Origin: Candidatus Latescibacterota bacterium
Lineage (GTDB): Bacteria; Latescibacterota; UBA2968; GCA-2709665
DNA length: 64,000 nt
Assembly (NCBI GenBank): GCA_965237675.1
Contig: OZ250150.1
Span: 1-64,000 of the forward strand
Direction of reading: 5' to 3'
The first letter of the stretch is position 1; the number at the start of each line of letters is the position of its first letter. Below are positions 37,956-47,618 of the stretch, piece by piece. Under the pieces are notes generated by a model. The model was not told the origin of the DNA and made no database searches. It saw only the letters and a program-made list of their open reading frames with translations. The position numbers and the translations under genes were made by a program.

Positions 37956-38167
37956 TGCAATACGCTCCAATCTCCATCCGCAACCGGTTCCGCCGGATCG
38001 AGATATTTTATCGGTGTGCCGCGCAGTGGATAACGGTCTTTCTCGTTGCATTTCGACGAGCAATGAGAAACAGTGACTACAACCGCATCTCCTACCTGGA
38101 AAGGCAAATCCTCTATAACAACCGTTCTGTCCTGGCCTACAACCGTTTCAACGCGATGGGCGTTCAT
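37952..38167 (-). CDS. Putative antitoxin of VapC
   Basis: 71 aa, translationally coupled to vapC; DLPFQVGD.V.V.V, YPLRG.PI.Y.DP.EPV..DW. Confidence 0.75.
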   Translation of the reverse strand: MNAHRVETVVGQDRTVVIEDLPFQVGDAVVVTVSHCSSKCNEKDRYPLRGTPIKYLDPAEPVADGDWSVLQ

Positions 38168-38455
38168 TTCGCTTGCCTCCAGATGTTGATGTCAGTACCG
38201 GTCCAACGAAAAAGTCTGGTTGTCCGCAAGAACGTACCCTTATATCGCGTTTCCTCGTTGGATAATTCTCTTTTTACCATATCTGAGTGTGGCCACACAG
38301 GCAGGTCAATTTAACGAGATGCCCTTGCCTGCCTGCGCCGGCAACGACTCGGTAGACAGGCCGAAGATCTTAGCAAGGATCCGTTCTTGAGACGAATAGG
38401 CCACGGAACTGATACGTCCGTCCCGGGTGTAAAGGCTCTCAGGTCCTTGCAGGCA

Positions 38456-38683
38456 TTAGCGAGCACCAAGGAATTCGTTGACGTCGATTCTTGCTTCTTG
38501 AAGTATGGCGCGAAGCGTTCCTTCCGCCATATCTTTGACGTGTCGAGGTACGGTCACTTTGCGACCAGTCCGAGTATGACGCCAGACTTCGTGACTGCCT
38601 GGTCCCGGACGGTCGAACGCATAACCGAAGAATCGAAGTCGCTGAACAACGTCTCGGTATTTAAACCCGGAGAGCCGCCCCAT
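38456..38683 (-). CDS. hicA: HicA-family toxin
   Basis: LRFFGY...RPGPGSHEVW, VTVPRH..DMAEGTLRAIL. Confidence 0.88.
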   Translation of the reverse strand: MGRLSGFKYRDVVQRLRFFGYAFDRPGPGSHEVWRHTRTGRKVTVPRHVKDMAEGTLRAILQEARIDVNEFLGAR

Positions 38684-38934
38684 CACGGTACGCTGACAGG
38701 TACCAGCAGATCAATTGAAGCGTTGCCCTCCGGAAGCGTCGCCAGTGCACGAGGGAGCGGGTCGCCGTGTTCAATGCACGACTCTGCGATTCTCCGTACG
38801 AGACCTTGTGCAATCTCGGCGGTCTCGGAGACGCTGCGTCCTTCCGCGACCAGCCCGGGCACGTCCGGACTCGTGGCCAAATAACCACCTTCGTCCAATG
38901 GCTCGATACGTAGCCGGATTGCTGATTCGTTCAT
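38683..38934 (-). CDS. hicB: HicB-family antitoxin (short form, upstream of hicA)
   Basis: EGGYLATSPDVPGLVAEGRS..E, C.EHGDPLP. Confidence 0.88.
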   Translation of the reverse strand: MNESAIRLRIEPLDEGGYLATSPDVPGLVAEGRSVSETAEIAQGLVRRIAESCIEHGDPLPRALATLPEGNASIDLLVPVSVP

Positions 38935-39180
38935 CAGATTGGTCTCCCTTTCGATTGAGCTGCCTGTGGCTTGACGTTAACCTCAATTCGAAAAAAGACA
39001 ACAGTCAAATTGGCCACAAAAAGCACAAAAGGCACAGAAAGTACCGGTGCAAAACGGGGTATTGAGGTCGTCCGGAAGGACATTTTTCCGTTCACGTCCA
39101 GTGACTTGGTGTATCCTGGTAATCCGCCGTCTAATCGCCTTTATTAACTAGCACATATTCGAATTAACGTCCACGAAAAC

Positions 39181-39460
39181 TTACGAATCAAGGTTAATTT
39201 CGACCTGCATCCCCCGCCCGGATCAGCATGTTAATCAGCTTATCCACACTGTAACGACCAATCTCCCCCTTCATCATATTGCTGATGCGTGGTTGGGACT
39301 CGCCGAAAAATGCAGCGGTTTGCTGTTGGGTCCACCCTTTGAACTTAATGGACTTTCTCAGGTCGAGCATCAAATCAGCGCGGACTCTTAAGCTCGCCGC
39401 TTCTCTCGCCGATCAAAACCGATATCCTCGAATACGTTCTGGCGGTCCGGAACCACATCC
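39181..39460 (-). pseudogene. Frameshifted XRE-family HTH antitoxin (HigA-like)
   Basis: Hand translation gives NVFEDIGFD, then after a 1-nt frameshift near 39403 EAASLRVRADLMLDLRKSIKFKGWTQQQTAAFFGESQPRISNMMKGEIGRYSVDKLINML...LDS*; no toxin gene upstream. Confidence 0.78.
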
Positions 39461-39573
39461 AAAGTGTTGTCCTTTGTTTCAACAACGGCGTTGCATAGAG
39501 CAACGCCGCCTGCATCTCTCGGGGTGGCCCCCCTCGCGCCTTTGTGCCTTTTTTCGTGATGAGGTCGTTCGGG

Positions 39574-40716
39574 TCAGATCTTGATCTCCCACAGATACCC
39601 GCTGCGGTAGGGGCTATCGTTCTCCCCGGCGTAAATTGTCCCATCCGGGGTCACGGCCACGTCGTGGACCTGCCAGCAGTGGGCGTCCCCGTCGGACACC
39701 GGTCCCAGTAAATCCCATGACTCCGTATCGGCGTCGAATCGAATCACCTCACACTGTCCATCTCTTCCGGTCACGCCATAGGCGGCCCCGTCGGGACCGG
39801 GCTGCAGGGTTGTGAGCCTGCTGCGCCGGTCCGCAACAGGCGTACCCAGGTACGTGCCCATCCCGGTCTCCGTATCGATCCGGTAGATCGATCCGTTGGC
39901 GCCGCTGGCGAATATACGTCCTTCTCCCAGGTTGAAAATGCCTTCCACCCTCTCAAATCCGTAGGTGCCGTCCGGCTTTGGAAGGCCCGCATCGAAATAC
40001 TGGATCCTGTCCGTTTCAGGGTTGAACTTGCACAGCCGGTTGCGGTCCACCCCCGCGAAATTCTGCCACGCCCGCGTCACGCTCCAGCCGCACCAGACGC
40101 ATCCGTCGTCGTCCAGTTCGACGTTTTCACCCTGGGCCATTTCCATTCCGCTGCTGATCGGCCCCAGGTCGTCGGAACGCCCGTCAGCGAGGTTGAACCG
40201 GAACATCCGCTCCGGCGTAAACGTCATCCCGTAGATCACGCCGCGTTCCTGGTCCAGGCAGATGGACTGGATGTACATATGGGGCATGGGAACCCCGATC
40301 TTCTGGAGTTCGCCTGTCGCCGGATCGTATTTTACTATCGCTCCGCCGGGCGCCTCCCAGTACCGATCGATATCGTGCAGGAGCGCGATTGCCCCGTACA
40401 GGCACCCGTCTTTCTCCCACCTGACCAGCGACCTGTGGAACTTGGCGTCGAACGGATCGGCGACCTTTCCGTACCCCAGATCCACGAACTCGCCGTTCGC
40501 GCGATCGTAGGCGCGGAATATGTCGGCATTGAAGGAAGTAATCCCCAGGTAAACACGGTCATCATCCGCATTGTGATACACGCTGTCCATGCTGATCCAG
40601 CCCTCGCGCCAGGCCGAATCGGCCCTGAAATCGTCGTATTCCCAGCGATCCTCGACCTCCTCGTCCCATTGGCCGCCGTAGTTCACATCCTGTAACCTGT
40701 GCGCCTTGACCTGCAT
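39574..40716 (-). CDS. Cytoplasmic beta-propeller protein, function unknown
   Basis: Repeated YDP.TG....LG, DG.LYG and DGTIYAG strands; SD AAAGGAG; no signal peptide. Confidence 0.7.
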   Translation of the reverse strand: MQVKAHRLQDVNYGGQWDEEVEDRWEYDDFRADSAWREGWISMDSVYHNADDDRVYLGITSFNADIFRAYDRANGEFVDLGYGKVADPFDAKFHRSLVRWEKDGCLYGAIALLHDIDRYWEAPGGAIVKYDPATGELQKIGVPMPHMYIQSICLDQERGVIYGMTFTPERMFRFNLADGRSDDLGPISSGMEMAQGENVELDDDGCVWCGWSVTRAWQNFAGVDRNRLCKFNPETDRIQYFDAGLPKPDGTYGFERVEGIFNLGEGRIFASGANGSIYRIDTETGMGTYLGTPVADRRSRLTTLQPGPDGAAYGVTGRDGQCEVIRFDADTESWDLLGPVSDGDAHCWQVHDVAVTPDGTIYAGENDSPYRSGYLWEIKI

Positions 40717-40791
40717 CTGGTTCTCCTTTCATGTTCAAGGTAGCGTTTCAACAACATCCTTCCGCTTAACCTTTGCCTTTACACCTCAATG

Positions 40792-40812
40792 GGGAGGGCG
40801 AGACGCCCTCCC
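40792..40812. repeat. REP-like hairpin
   Basis: GGGAGGGCG-AGA-CGCCCTCCC, intergenic. Confidence 0.55.
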
Positions 40813-40851
40813 TCACGGAACGAACGACATCCCGCCGCCTGATTGTCGGCC

Positions 40852-42096
40852 TCATACGGCCTCGCTGATCTTGTTCAGCGCCCTGAAGAATTCGTCAAAT
40901 ACCTCCACGATGGATGCTGCAATCTCGTGCTCTTTACCCACTTCCCACTTATCCGGCGTCAACCGGGCGAACGCCTTTGTGCCCTCGATCTCCGCCGGGG
41001 ACAGCGGATCTCCCTTCAGTTCTTCCAGGATCGTCACAGGATCCTCAACCGTCTCACCGGTCTTGATCTTCCAGAACGTGCGGAAGGGCATTCGGAAGAA
41101 GCTGTTGCCGATCCGACCCAGTTCGTTCTGAATCAGCCAGGTGGTATCGAAATGGGCAGGCGCGTGACCGTAGAAGTGGAGGCGGCCCTTCATCAGGCGT
41201 GAGAACTTGGCATTGTCGAAAATCACCAGCGCCGGGTCCACCGGCACTTCCTGAAGCGCGGCTTTCCAGGCACCCATATCGGTCCCGGCAGCCTCGGGGA
41301 TCAGCGTCACCGCATCCCTCAACCGTTCCAATATCACCCCCAGCGCTTCCTCAAGCACATCCTCCAGCTGCGACAGGCGGGGCTCTTCGTACCACATCGG
41401 AATCTCGTAATGCGCGTGCAGAATCTCTCTGATCCGATCCCAGCAACGCAACCCGGGGAAATGCCGCTCGGCGATCTCGTAGGCATCCAGCTTCCCGCAG
41501 ATATTCCGCTTTTCCAGTATGCAGACGGCCGAGTGAACCGGCGGATTGAAATAATGCATAACACGGCTGTGAAGGGCGTACTTGTTTTCGTGAACCCCCA
41601 GGTTGATCGCGGGATCGATCGTCCGGTTGTAGCGCCCGTAATACAGGCAGAACTTTTTCAGATGAAAGTACTCGTCCTTTTCATCCCACGGCCTCCGGGC
41701 GAGGCGGTCCAGGGCCGCGCCGAGACTTTTGTGGTCTTCGGTGAGATAGTACGTCCACTGGTTGTATTCCGGATAGTAGTTCCGCTCCGACATCAGTTCC
41801 GACCAGGTCAGATTTACCCCCGGAAGGTGCTCGAAGTTCCGCGCCCAGCATGGGTATTGCTCACAGAGACTCAGGTGCGTCTCCCCCATCAACGTGGACA
41901 ATTGGCACCAGTCGTCCACCGTCATACTGTCGTTTACGATGAAGCGGGTGTCGAAATCGCTCATACCCGGCAGCAGGTCCCGGAACATCCACTTGCCCGC
42001 GATCGCCTCGATCTTGTCGCAGTGGTAACGGCACGCTTCGTAGTACGTCCGGATATAATCCGCAAAGTCATTCTCCGGCCTGGGTGCGAACTTCAT
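40852..42096 (-). CDS. Hypothetical protein with Pol-beta nucleotidyltransferase-like motif
   Basis: IEAIAGKWMFRDLLPGMSDFDTRFIV (SDxD); SD AGGAGGAG before ATG 42096. Confidence 0.6.
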   Translation of the reverse strand: MKFAPRPENDFADYIRTYYEACRYHCDKIEAIAGKWMFRDLLPGMSDFDTRFIVNDSMTVDDWCQLSTLMGETHLSLCEQYPCWARNFEHLPGVNLTWSELMSERNYYPEYNQWTYYLTEDHKSLGAALDRLARRPWDEKDEYFHLKKFCLYYGRYNRTIDPAINLGVHENKYALHSRVMHYFNPPVHSAVCILEKRNICGKLDAYEIAERHFPGLRCWDRIREILHAHYEIPMWYEEPRLSQLEDVLEEALGVILERLRDAVTLIPEAAGTDMGAWKAALQEVPVDPALVIFDNAKFSRLMKGRLHFYGHAPAHFDTTWLIQNELGRIGNSFFRMPFRTFWKIKTGETVEDPVTILEELKGDPLSPAEIEGTKAFARLTPDKWEVGKEHEIAASIVEVFDEFFRALNKISEAV

Positions 42097-42113
42097 CGCT
42101 CCTCCTCTTACTT

Positions 42114-43181
42114 TCAATCGGCATAGTAGTTCAGTACCGCTCCGGGCACGTTCCGATTGAGTACGCCGCAGGAAAACAGATATTGACTCAAATACTGCGC
42201 GGGAACACCGAAATACGCCTTCTCCCCGGTACTCAGGCTTTCCCGTTCTCTGAACCCGCCCGCCTGCTCGTCGAACATACCCGCCGTCCAGTCCAGGTGG
42301 GCTTGAAACTCGGATGTGTCCACGTACTCCCGGGACCCGTTGTAGTGGTCATACACGGCCATAATCCCCGCCATGGAGGTTCGCGCACGGACATCGGCGT
42401 ACCGATGTCCGTTCTCGGTATAGTAGGCCTCGATCGCCTTGAAATACCTCCGGTTGCCCTCGATGGAAGATTGTATCCGATCCGCGTACCGGGTTCCGCA
42501 GGTCTCAAAGAGCACCCACATCATATCCAGATCCAGCGTTGGATGGGGAACCGTCTGCAGATCGACCCCCTTGCTCACCTCGAAGCCCGCCTTCCAGAAT
42601 CCCCCCTCGGCATTCCAGATCTGCCCGCCCACCACGTACTCCGTCGCGGGGCCGACAAGGGCCCTTGCGTCCGCCCGCTCTTCGCCCCAGAGGTGGAGTG
42701 CATAGAGCGGATACGGATCGTGCCCGCTCAGTTTGGATGCGTTCGACTCGTCCCGAAACCCGCTTTGGGGGGTGAACACACCAACCATATAGTCCAGGCA
42801 CCGCTCCGCCATCGCCCGATGCGCCCGCCCATCCGCCAGTTCGCCAAAGATCTTCACCACCGCGGCCACGACGCCGGTCGCAAAGACAAACCTGCTGTCT
42901 CCCATGCAAAGGAGCGGCAACGCGCCATCCGGCAACTGGCACCGCCCGAACAGAGCGAGGCGTCGATCCAGGCACCCGAGGTATCGCTTGAACAACGTCG
43001 GATTCTTCCTGGCTATAAAGGCGGCCTGAAGAACCGTGAACATCCCCTTTGCGTCGTAAATCTCATTGTAGCCCGCCCGCGAGCCGGGGGGCCGGAAGTC
43101 TCCCCGCGCCGCCTGGTGCGCAACCAGGAAATCCGCCGCCGCCATGATCAGTCGGTGATATTTAAACGCGGCAAATCGCAC
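42114..43181 (-). CDS. Hypothetical protein (possible alpha/alpha-barrel)
   Basis: 355-aa ORF in operon context; recurrent Q.PDG, QSGFRD, EGGFW and AGGFRE units. Confidence 0.55.
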   Translation of the reverse strand: MRFAAFKYHRLIMAAADFLVAHQAARGDFRPPGSRAGYNEIYDAKGMFTVLQAAFIARKNPTLFKRYLGCLDRRLALFGRCQLPDGALPLLCMGDSRFVFATGVVAAVVKIFGELADGRAHRAMAERCLDYMVGVFTPQSGFRDESNASKLSGHDPYPLYALHLWGEERADARALVGPATEYVVGGQIWNAEGGFWKAGFEVSKGVDLQTVPHPTLDLDMMWVLFETCGTRYADRIQSSIEGNRRYFKAIEAYYTENGHRYADVRARTSMAGIMAVYDHYNGSREYVDTSEFQAHLDWTAGMFDEQAGGFRERESLSTGEKAYFGVPAQYLSQYLFSCGVLNRNVPGAVLNYYAD

Positions 43182-43202
43182 TTCACACGCCCACGTGCCA
43201 AG

Positions 43203-43246
43203 TCCCTTAGCCGGGGCCCACCTCGCGTGTGGCCCCGGCTAAGGGA
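43203..43246. repeat. Perfect 16-bp intergenic hairpin
   Basis: TCCCTTAGCCGGGGCC (43203-43218) / GGCCCCGGCTAAGGGA (43231-43246); no T tail on the minus strand. Confidence 0.75.
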
Positions 43247-43250
43247 GGTT

Positions 43251-45065
43251 TCAGGCCAGCATTGCCAGTTCCGCTTCCTGGTGACGAGCCAGGGATATCA
43301 CAACCGCCGAACACCGGCGCCCCTCGACTTCAAGCGTCGTCAGGGACTGCTCGCGGCCGTCCAGAAGCACGCGCGTGACCTCCCCGGGACCCTCGGCAAT
43401 CATCGTCAACCCTTCGATCGGCTCAACGGCCCTGAGCCTGGCAACCGTCCGTTCCGGGCCGGAACTCAGAAGTTTAACCTGCAACGCGTCTCGCGCCTGT
43501 ACGAAGCGGGACCAGTCCTGAAGGCTGCCTGTTTCGATGCCCATCGCCGCCAGCGATGCGTACACGATATTGGCCGCCTCGAATGTGCGGCGCGGATCGC
43601 CCTTGGGCCGGATCAGATAACACGGGTGGAACGTCCCGATATGAGGCACGTGCCAGCGATCGCGGGACTCCACGACCCACCGTACCGCCGCCTCCGCGTA
43701 CTCCACCTGGCTGAGCCCCAGCGTGCCGACGCCAGGCTCGGTAATGCTCTGCGAATCGTCGAACGTGCAGGGCTGTAGAAACAGGTCCAGCAGCCCCGCC
43801 TCCGGGTCGAAATAACGCATGGGCATGGCCGATGCAAGCGAAAACGGCCCGAAGTCGTACCGGTTCATCCGCGGATCGTGCCCGCAGAAATGGAACGGCA
43901 TCCGCCAGCCGTGGTCCACCAGAATCGACGCGGTCCGGGCGCCCGTCCACTGGCAACCGTGGATCACGATGTCGGTCACCGCGAGTCCCACTTCGTCGGT
44001 AAACCGCCTCGCCTGGGCTTCCATCTCCTCGCGGATGCGTTCGTGCGCCCCGTCGTCCAGTTCTTTCAGCCGGCGGTTGTAGGTGAGCGGGAAGATATCC
44101 ACTTCGATCGACATGAAATGGCCCCGCTCCTGCCACTCGCGGATCAGTTTCCCCTCGTACCGGCTCACCGGCGCTCGAAAGAAATTGTGCTTGTGCCCGT
44201 ACTGCTCCGCCAGTTCCATTCCCACCGGAGCGCCCTCCTCCCCGCACCCGTCCGACTTGAAAAACACCGCCACGCGCCGGGCCTCGGGCATGTGCCAGAC
44301 GCGCGGTACAATCCCGCCGTCGTGCAGGTGCAGCAGCAACTCCCGAAACAGATCCTGGTGAATGTCGGCCAACGGGTGTTGCCGCGAATGCCGCTCGGCG
44401 ATCCCGATCAACCCGAAGATATGCCTCGGACCTCGCAGCGGCAGCATCTGCACCTGCTGCTCCAGCGCCCATGTGCCGTGCCTCAGCCGCAGGACCGCAC
44501 CCACGACGTCGTAGGCCAACACACACGCCCTGCCCCGATTTATGCGCATTCGGACAATGGCAGGGCCGCAGCGCTTGCCCAGAGCGTCGATCAGGGCGGC
44601 CAGTTCCTCACCATTGCACACGATAGCGCGCCCGGTGTCCTGCGGACAGTAAAGAGGCTCCGGCGGTTGCGTCAGTCCGGAGGCCGGATGAACGACAATC
44701 CGTCCGTCCGTAACCACCTCGGGCTCATCTTCGGGAGGCCCGCTCGCCGCCGCCTTGTTTGGATCCACTTTTTGGGTCGACTCAACAACCCGACGCTCCG
44801 CCCCCAGCCTGGCCGCCAGGTCCCCGCCCGGCATCACCGCAAGCAACCGCCCGCCGTCTCGCAGGTAGTCGATAAGGATTCCGGCCGCGCGTCTTCCAAA
44901 CGCCCCCCGAAGCGTCAGCACCACGGCCGCATCCTTCAGGCGAGAGGGTGTCACCTCGTTCTGTGTGAGGACCTCGAAATGAAACAGACCTTCAGCCTTG
45001 AGGATCTCCGGCGCGAAATCGTGCTCGAGGTTGTCATCCGGCTTGACGACAAGGATCGATTTCAT
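43251..45065 (-). CDS. Hypothetical protein (alpha/beta domain plus deacetylase-like barrel)
   Basis: 604 aa; EILKAEGL, YLRDGGRLLA, PRVWHMP, FKSDGCGE, GTFHPCY. Confidence 0.6.
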   Translation of the reverse strand: MKSILVVKPDDNLEHDFAPEILKAEGLFHFEVLTQNEVTPSRLKDAAVVLTLRGAFGRRAAGILIDYLRDGGRLLAVMPGGDLAARLGAERRVVESTQKVDPNKAAASGPPEDEPEVVTDGRIVVHPASGLTQPPEPLYCPQDTGRAIVCNGEELAALIDALGKRCGPAIVRMRINRGRACVLAYDVVGAVLRLRHGTWALEQQVQMLPLRGPRHIFGLIGIAERHSRQHPLADIHQDLFRELLLHLHDGGIVPRVWHMPEARRVAVFFKSDGCGEEGAPVGMELAEQYGHKHNFFRAPVSRYEGKLIREWQERGHFMSIEVDIFPLTYNRRLKELDDGAHERIREEMEAQARRFTDEVGLAVTDIVIHGCQWTGARTASILVDHGWRMPFHFCGHDPRMNRYDFGPFSLASAMPMRYFDPEAGLLDLFLQPCTFDDSQSITEPGVGTLGLSQVEYAEAAVRWVVESRDRWHVPHIGTFHPCYLIRPKGDPRRTFEAANIVYASLAAMGIETGSLQDWSRFVQARDALQVKLLSSGPERTVARLRAVEPIEGLTMIAEGPGEVTRVLLDGREQSLTTLEVEGRRCSAVVISLARHQEAELAMLA

Positions 45066-45186
45066 GGGCTCTTTCCGGTACGTGGAGGCGAAACGGATAT
45101 CGGTTCAGTTCCTGGCAGATTGGAAGTGTCTTCGATTCTTCCCGATCCGACTCGAACAAGACTTAGGAATAAGACAAATAGCGTCC

Positions 45187-46182
45187 TCAAGCCAGCGCAA
45201 CCTCCCGATTCTCCGCCGCGGATTGGTAGATCGCATCCAGAAGCGCATTGGTCTTCGCCGCCTCGGCAAGTGGGCAGACCGGCTGGCGGCCCTCACGTAC
45301 CGCCGCAACGAAATCCTGGACGACGGGCCCGTGTACGTTGTCGGCGGGCGTCAGATCCAGCGTATCGACCTGCCGGCCAACCGTTTTGACCACCTCCCCG
45401 GAATCGTAAGGATGCCAGTATACCTTGGCCTCGGTCCCCACAATCTCAAACTCGTGCCGCCAGGTTTTCGAACTCCAGCTGAACGACGCGGTGACCAACG
45501 CCCCGTCCTCCAGCTTCATTACAATGCTGGCACAGTCCTCCACATCCCACTTCTGCACCAGGTTTTCGCACCTGGCGTACACCGACACCGGCATTCCCAG
45601 CAGCCCGATCATCACGTCGAACATGTGCGTGCCCATATCACTGATGGGGCCGCCTCCGGACCTCTCCCGGAAAACCCGCCAGCGTTTCGGATCATCCGCC
45701 GCAGGGCTGAACCAGGAGAAATAGACCATGCGCACAAGGACGATCTGGCCGAATTCGCCATTCCCAATCATTTCCTGAGCCTGGAGATAGGCGGGAAAAA
45801 GCCGCCGGAAATAGGAACATCCGGCCAGCCTGTCGCTTCGCCGGGCGGCGGTTATGGCGCGCGTACATTCCTGGCCGGTCACGCCCAGGGGCTTTTCCAC
45901 CAGAACATGCTTATCCGCTTCCAGGGCCTGGACCGCATGTTGCACGTGCAACCACACGGGCGTTGCGACGTACACTGCATTCGCGGACGTTTTCTCCAGT
46001 GCCTCATCCAGATCGGAGAAAACCTCGGTCAGGTGGTATTCAGTCGCCAGCGCCCGTGCATTCTCCTCGACCATGTCGCAGACCGCCACCAATTCCGAAT
46101 CCGTGGCGCCTGCCAGGGCCGCGGCCACCCGCTTTCGGGCGATATCACCGGCGCCGACAAGGAGCCATTTCACGTTTTCCAT
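45187..46182 (-). CDS. Gfo/Idh/MocA oxidoreductase
   Basis: VGAGDIA, VYVATP..LH, HVLVEKP, GGGPISDMGTH. Confidence 0.92.
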   Translation of the reverse strand: MENVKWLLVGAGDIARKRVAAALAGATDSELVAVCDMVEENARALATEYHLTEVFSDLDEALEKTSANAVYVATPVWLHVQHAVQALEADKHVLVEKPLGVTGQECTRAITAARRSDRLAGCSYFRRLFPAYLQAQEMIGNGEFGQIVLVRMVYFSWFSPAADDPKRWRVFRERSGGGPISDMGTHMFDVMIGLLGMPVSVYARCENLVQKWDVEDCASIVMKLEDGALVTASFSWSSKTWRHEFEIVGTEAKVYWHPYDSGEVVKTVGRQVDTLDLTPADNVHGPVVQDFVAAVREGRQPVCPLAEAAKTNALLDAIYQSAAENREVALA

Positions 46183-46270
46183 TTTCCCTCCTGAGCGTCA
46201 ATTCAAGGCGCCCCGGAAATCCCCTTACCGCCACGCGGGCCCCCCGTTGCGTTCTGTTTGGATCTTCCCG

Positions 46271-47449
46271 CTAGCGCAGTTCCGATATTGTCTGCTTGAT
46301 CGCCCATGCGATATAGGCCAGATCCTCTTCGGTCGTCCCCGGGAACACCGGCGTACTCACGACCTGTTCGCATGCCCTGGCGGCGATCGGACAGCCTTCA
46401 CCGTTATACCCCAGTTCCTGAAGGGCATCCCAGGACCACAGAGGCGGGTAGTGCTTTGCCGTGGCCACCCGGTATCGATCCTTCAGGTGAGCGACGAACG
46501 CTCCCGTGGCGAACCCCACCGCATCGGTGTCCAGCCGAATTACGTGCAGGTGGCTCCCGTGATCGGGGCCGTGACCGGCGGGGAGGATGACCTCTTCCAC
46601 GTCGGCCAGCAGCGTATTGAGCCTGAGCATCCGTTTCCGTCGATCCTGAATCACGCGGTCTATTTTGGCCAACTGCGTGAGTCCAACCGCATATTGGGGT
46701 TTGGTCATCCTGTAGTTGAACCCAACCCGCACCACCCGTGTCCCCTTTCCTCCATATACGTATCCGAATGTCTTCAACTGCCGGACCTGCTCCGCGAATT
46801 CCTCGTCATCCGTTGTCACGGCACCCCCCTCGCCGAGACACGTCATGTTCTTGTTGCTCTGAAAACTGTAACACGAGGCCTTTCCCCGGCCGCCAACCGG
46901 GTTGCCCCGGTACCTGGTGCCCACGGCATGCGCCGCATCGTAAATCACCGGCACGCCCGTTTCCACCGAAATCCGGTCGAATGCGTCCACGTCGCACGCA
47001 AGACCTGCGAAGTGCACCGGAATGATCGCACGGGTGCGCTCCGTGATTTTTTCTCTTGCCTTCTGTGGGTCCAGATTCAGACTCACCGGATCGATATCGG
47101 CAAGAACGACCCTGGCGCCCCTGGCAATCGCGGTCCCGGCCGTACAGACAAAGGTGAGAGGGGTCGTGATCACCTCGTCGCCCTCACCGATGCCCAGCCC
47201 CATCATGCAGCAGTCCAGCCCCGTACCGCAGGAATTGACGGCAATCGCTTTTCGGGCGCCCTCGTGCGCGGCGAACGCATTCTGAAAATCGTTCTCTTCG
47301 GGAAGCGGGAAAAACGTCCCGTCCTCCTCAGCGATATCCGCGAGAAGCCGGTTGACCGCCTCGACGTCGTCCTGCTCGTAAACCCCTCCCATCGACCCGA
47401 AGGGCACCTCTCGAATTTCCATAGATTCGGGCGCAGGAACCCCCTGCAA
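46271..47449 (-). CDS. DegT/DnrJ/EryC1/StrS PLP-dependent aminotransferase (start 47449 TTG or 47422 ATG)
   Basis: AVNSCGTGL, GDEVITTPLTF, IIPVHFAG, YDAAHA, SFQSNKNMT, GEGG, GFNYRMT. Confidence 0.92.
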   Translation of the reverse strand: MQGVPAPESMEIREVPFGSMGGVYEQDDVEAVNRLLADIAEEDGTFFPLPEENDFQNAFAAHEGARKAIAVNSCGTGLDCCMMGLGIGEGDEVITTPLTFVCTAGTAIARGARVVLADIDPVSLNLDPQKAREKITERTRAIIPVHFAGLACDVDAFDRISVETGVPVIYDAAHAVGTRYRGNPVGGRGKASCYSFQSNKNMTCLGEGGAVTTDDEEFAEQVRQLKTFGYVYGGKGTRVVRVGFNYRMTKPQYAVGLTQLAKIDRVIQDRRKRMLRLNTLLADVEEVILPAGHGPDHGSHLHVIRLDTDAVGFATGAFVAHLKDRYRVATAKHYPPLWSWDALQELGYNGEGCPIAARACEQVVSTPVFPGTTEEDLAYIAWAIKQTISELR

Positions 47450-47618
47450 GCGGAAGAATAATGCGCCCTACCTCCTTTCTGAATCGTCAAAATCGCACAG
47501 ATTTCCCCGTGCTTCAGCGGCGACAATCCGCGTTCTTCAAGTTAATATCCGGTCACCTCGTGTCAAGCGCAAAGACGCCTGACGACCGCTTCAGAAAGGG
47601 GCACATCTATCACGACAA

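Noticed and set aside
38326-38362. Short imperfect palindrome GCCTGCCTGC...GTAGACAGGC, similar to CCTGTCTGCGTG...CACAGGC at about 8869-8896
   Set aside because: Probably a small dispersed repeat, but too short and degenerate to support as a feature.
37100-39500. Integron cassette array
   Set aside because: No integrase and no convincing attC-type inverted core sites between the modules.
42084-47461. Long plus-strand ORFs (564, 503, 398 and 535 aa)
   Set aside because: They are antisense shadows of well-formed minus-strand genes in GC-rich DNA and have no recognisable motifs.
47450-47480. Strong SD (AAAGGAGG) upstream of the DegT gene without a suitably spaced in-frame start
   Set aside because: It could reflect a small indel or an alternative start, but cannot be resolved from the sequence; the catalytic domain is intact.
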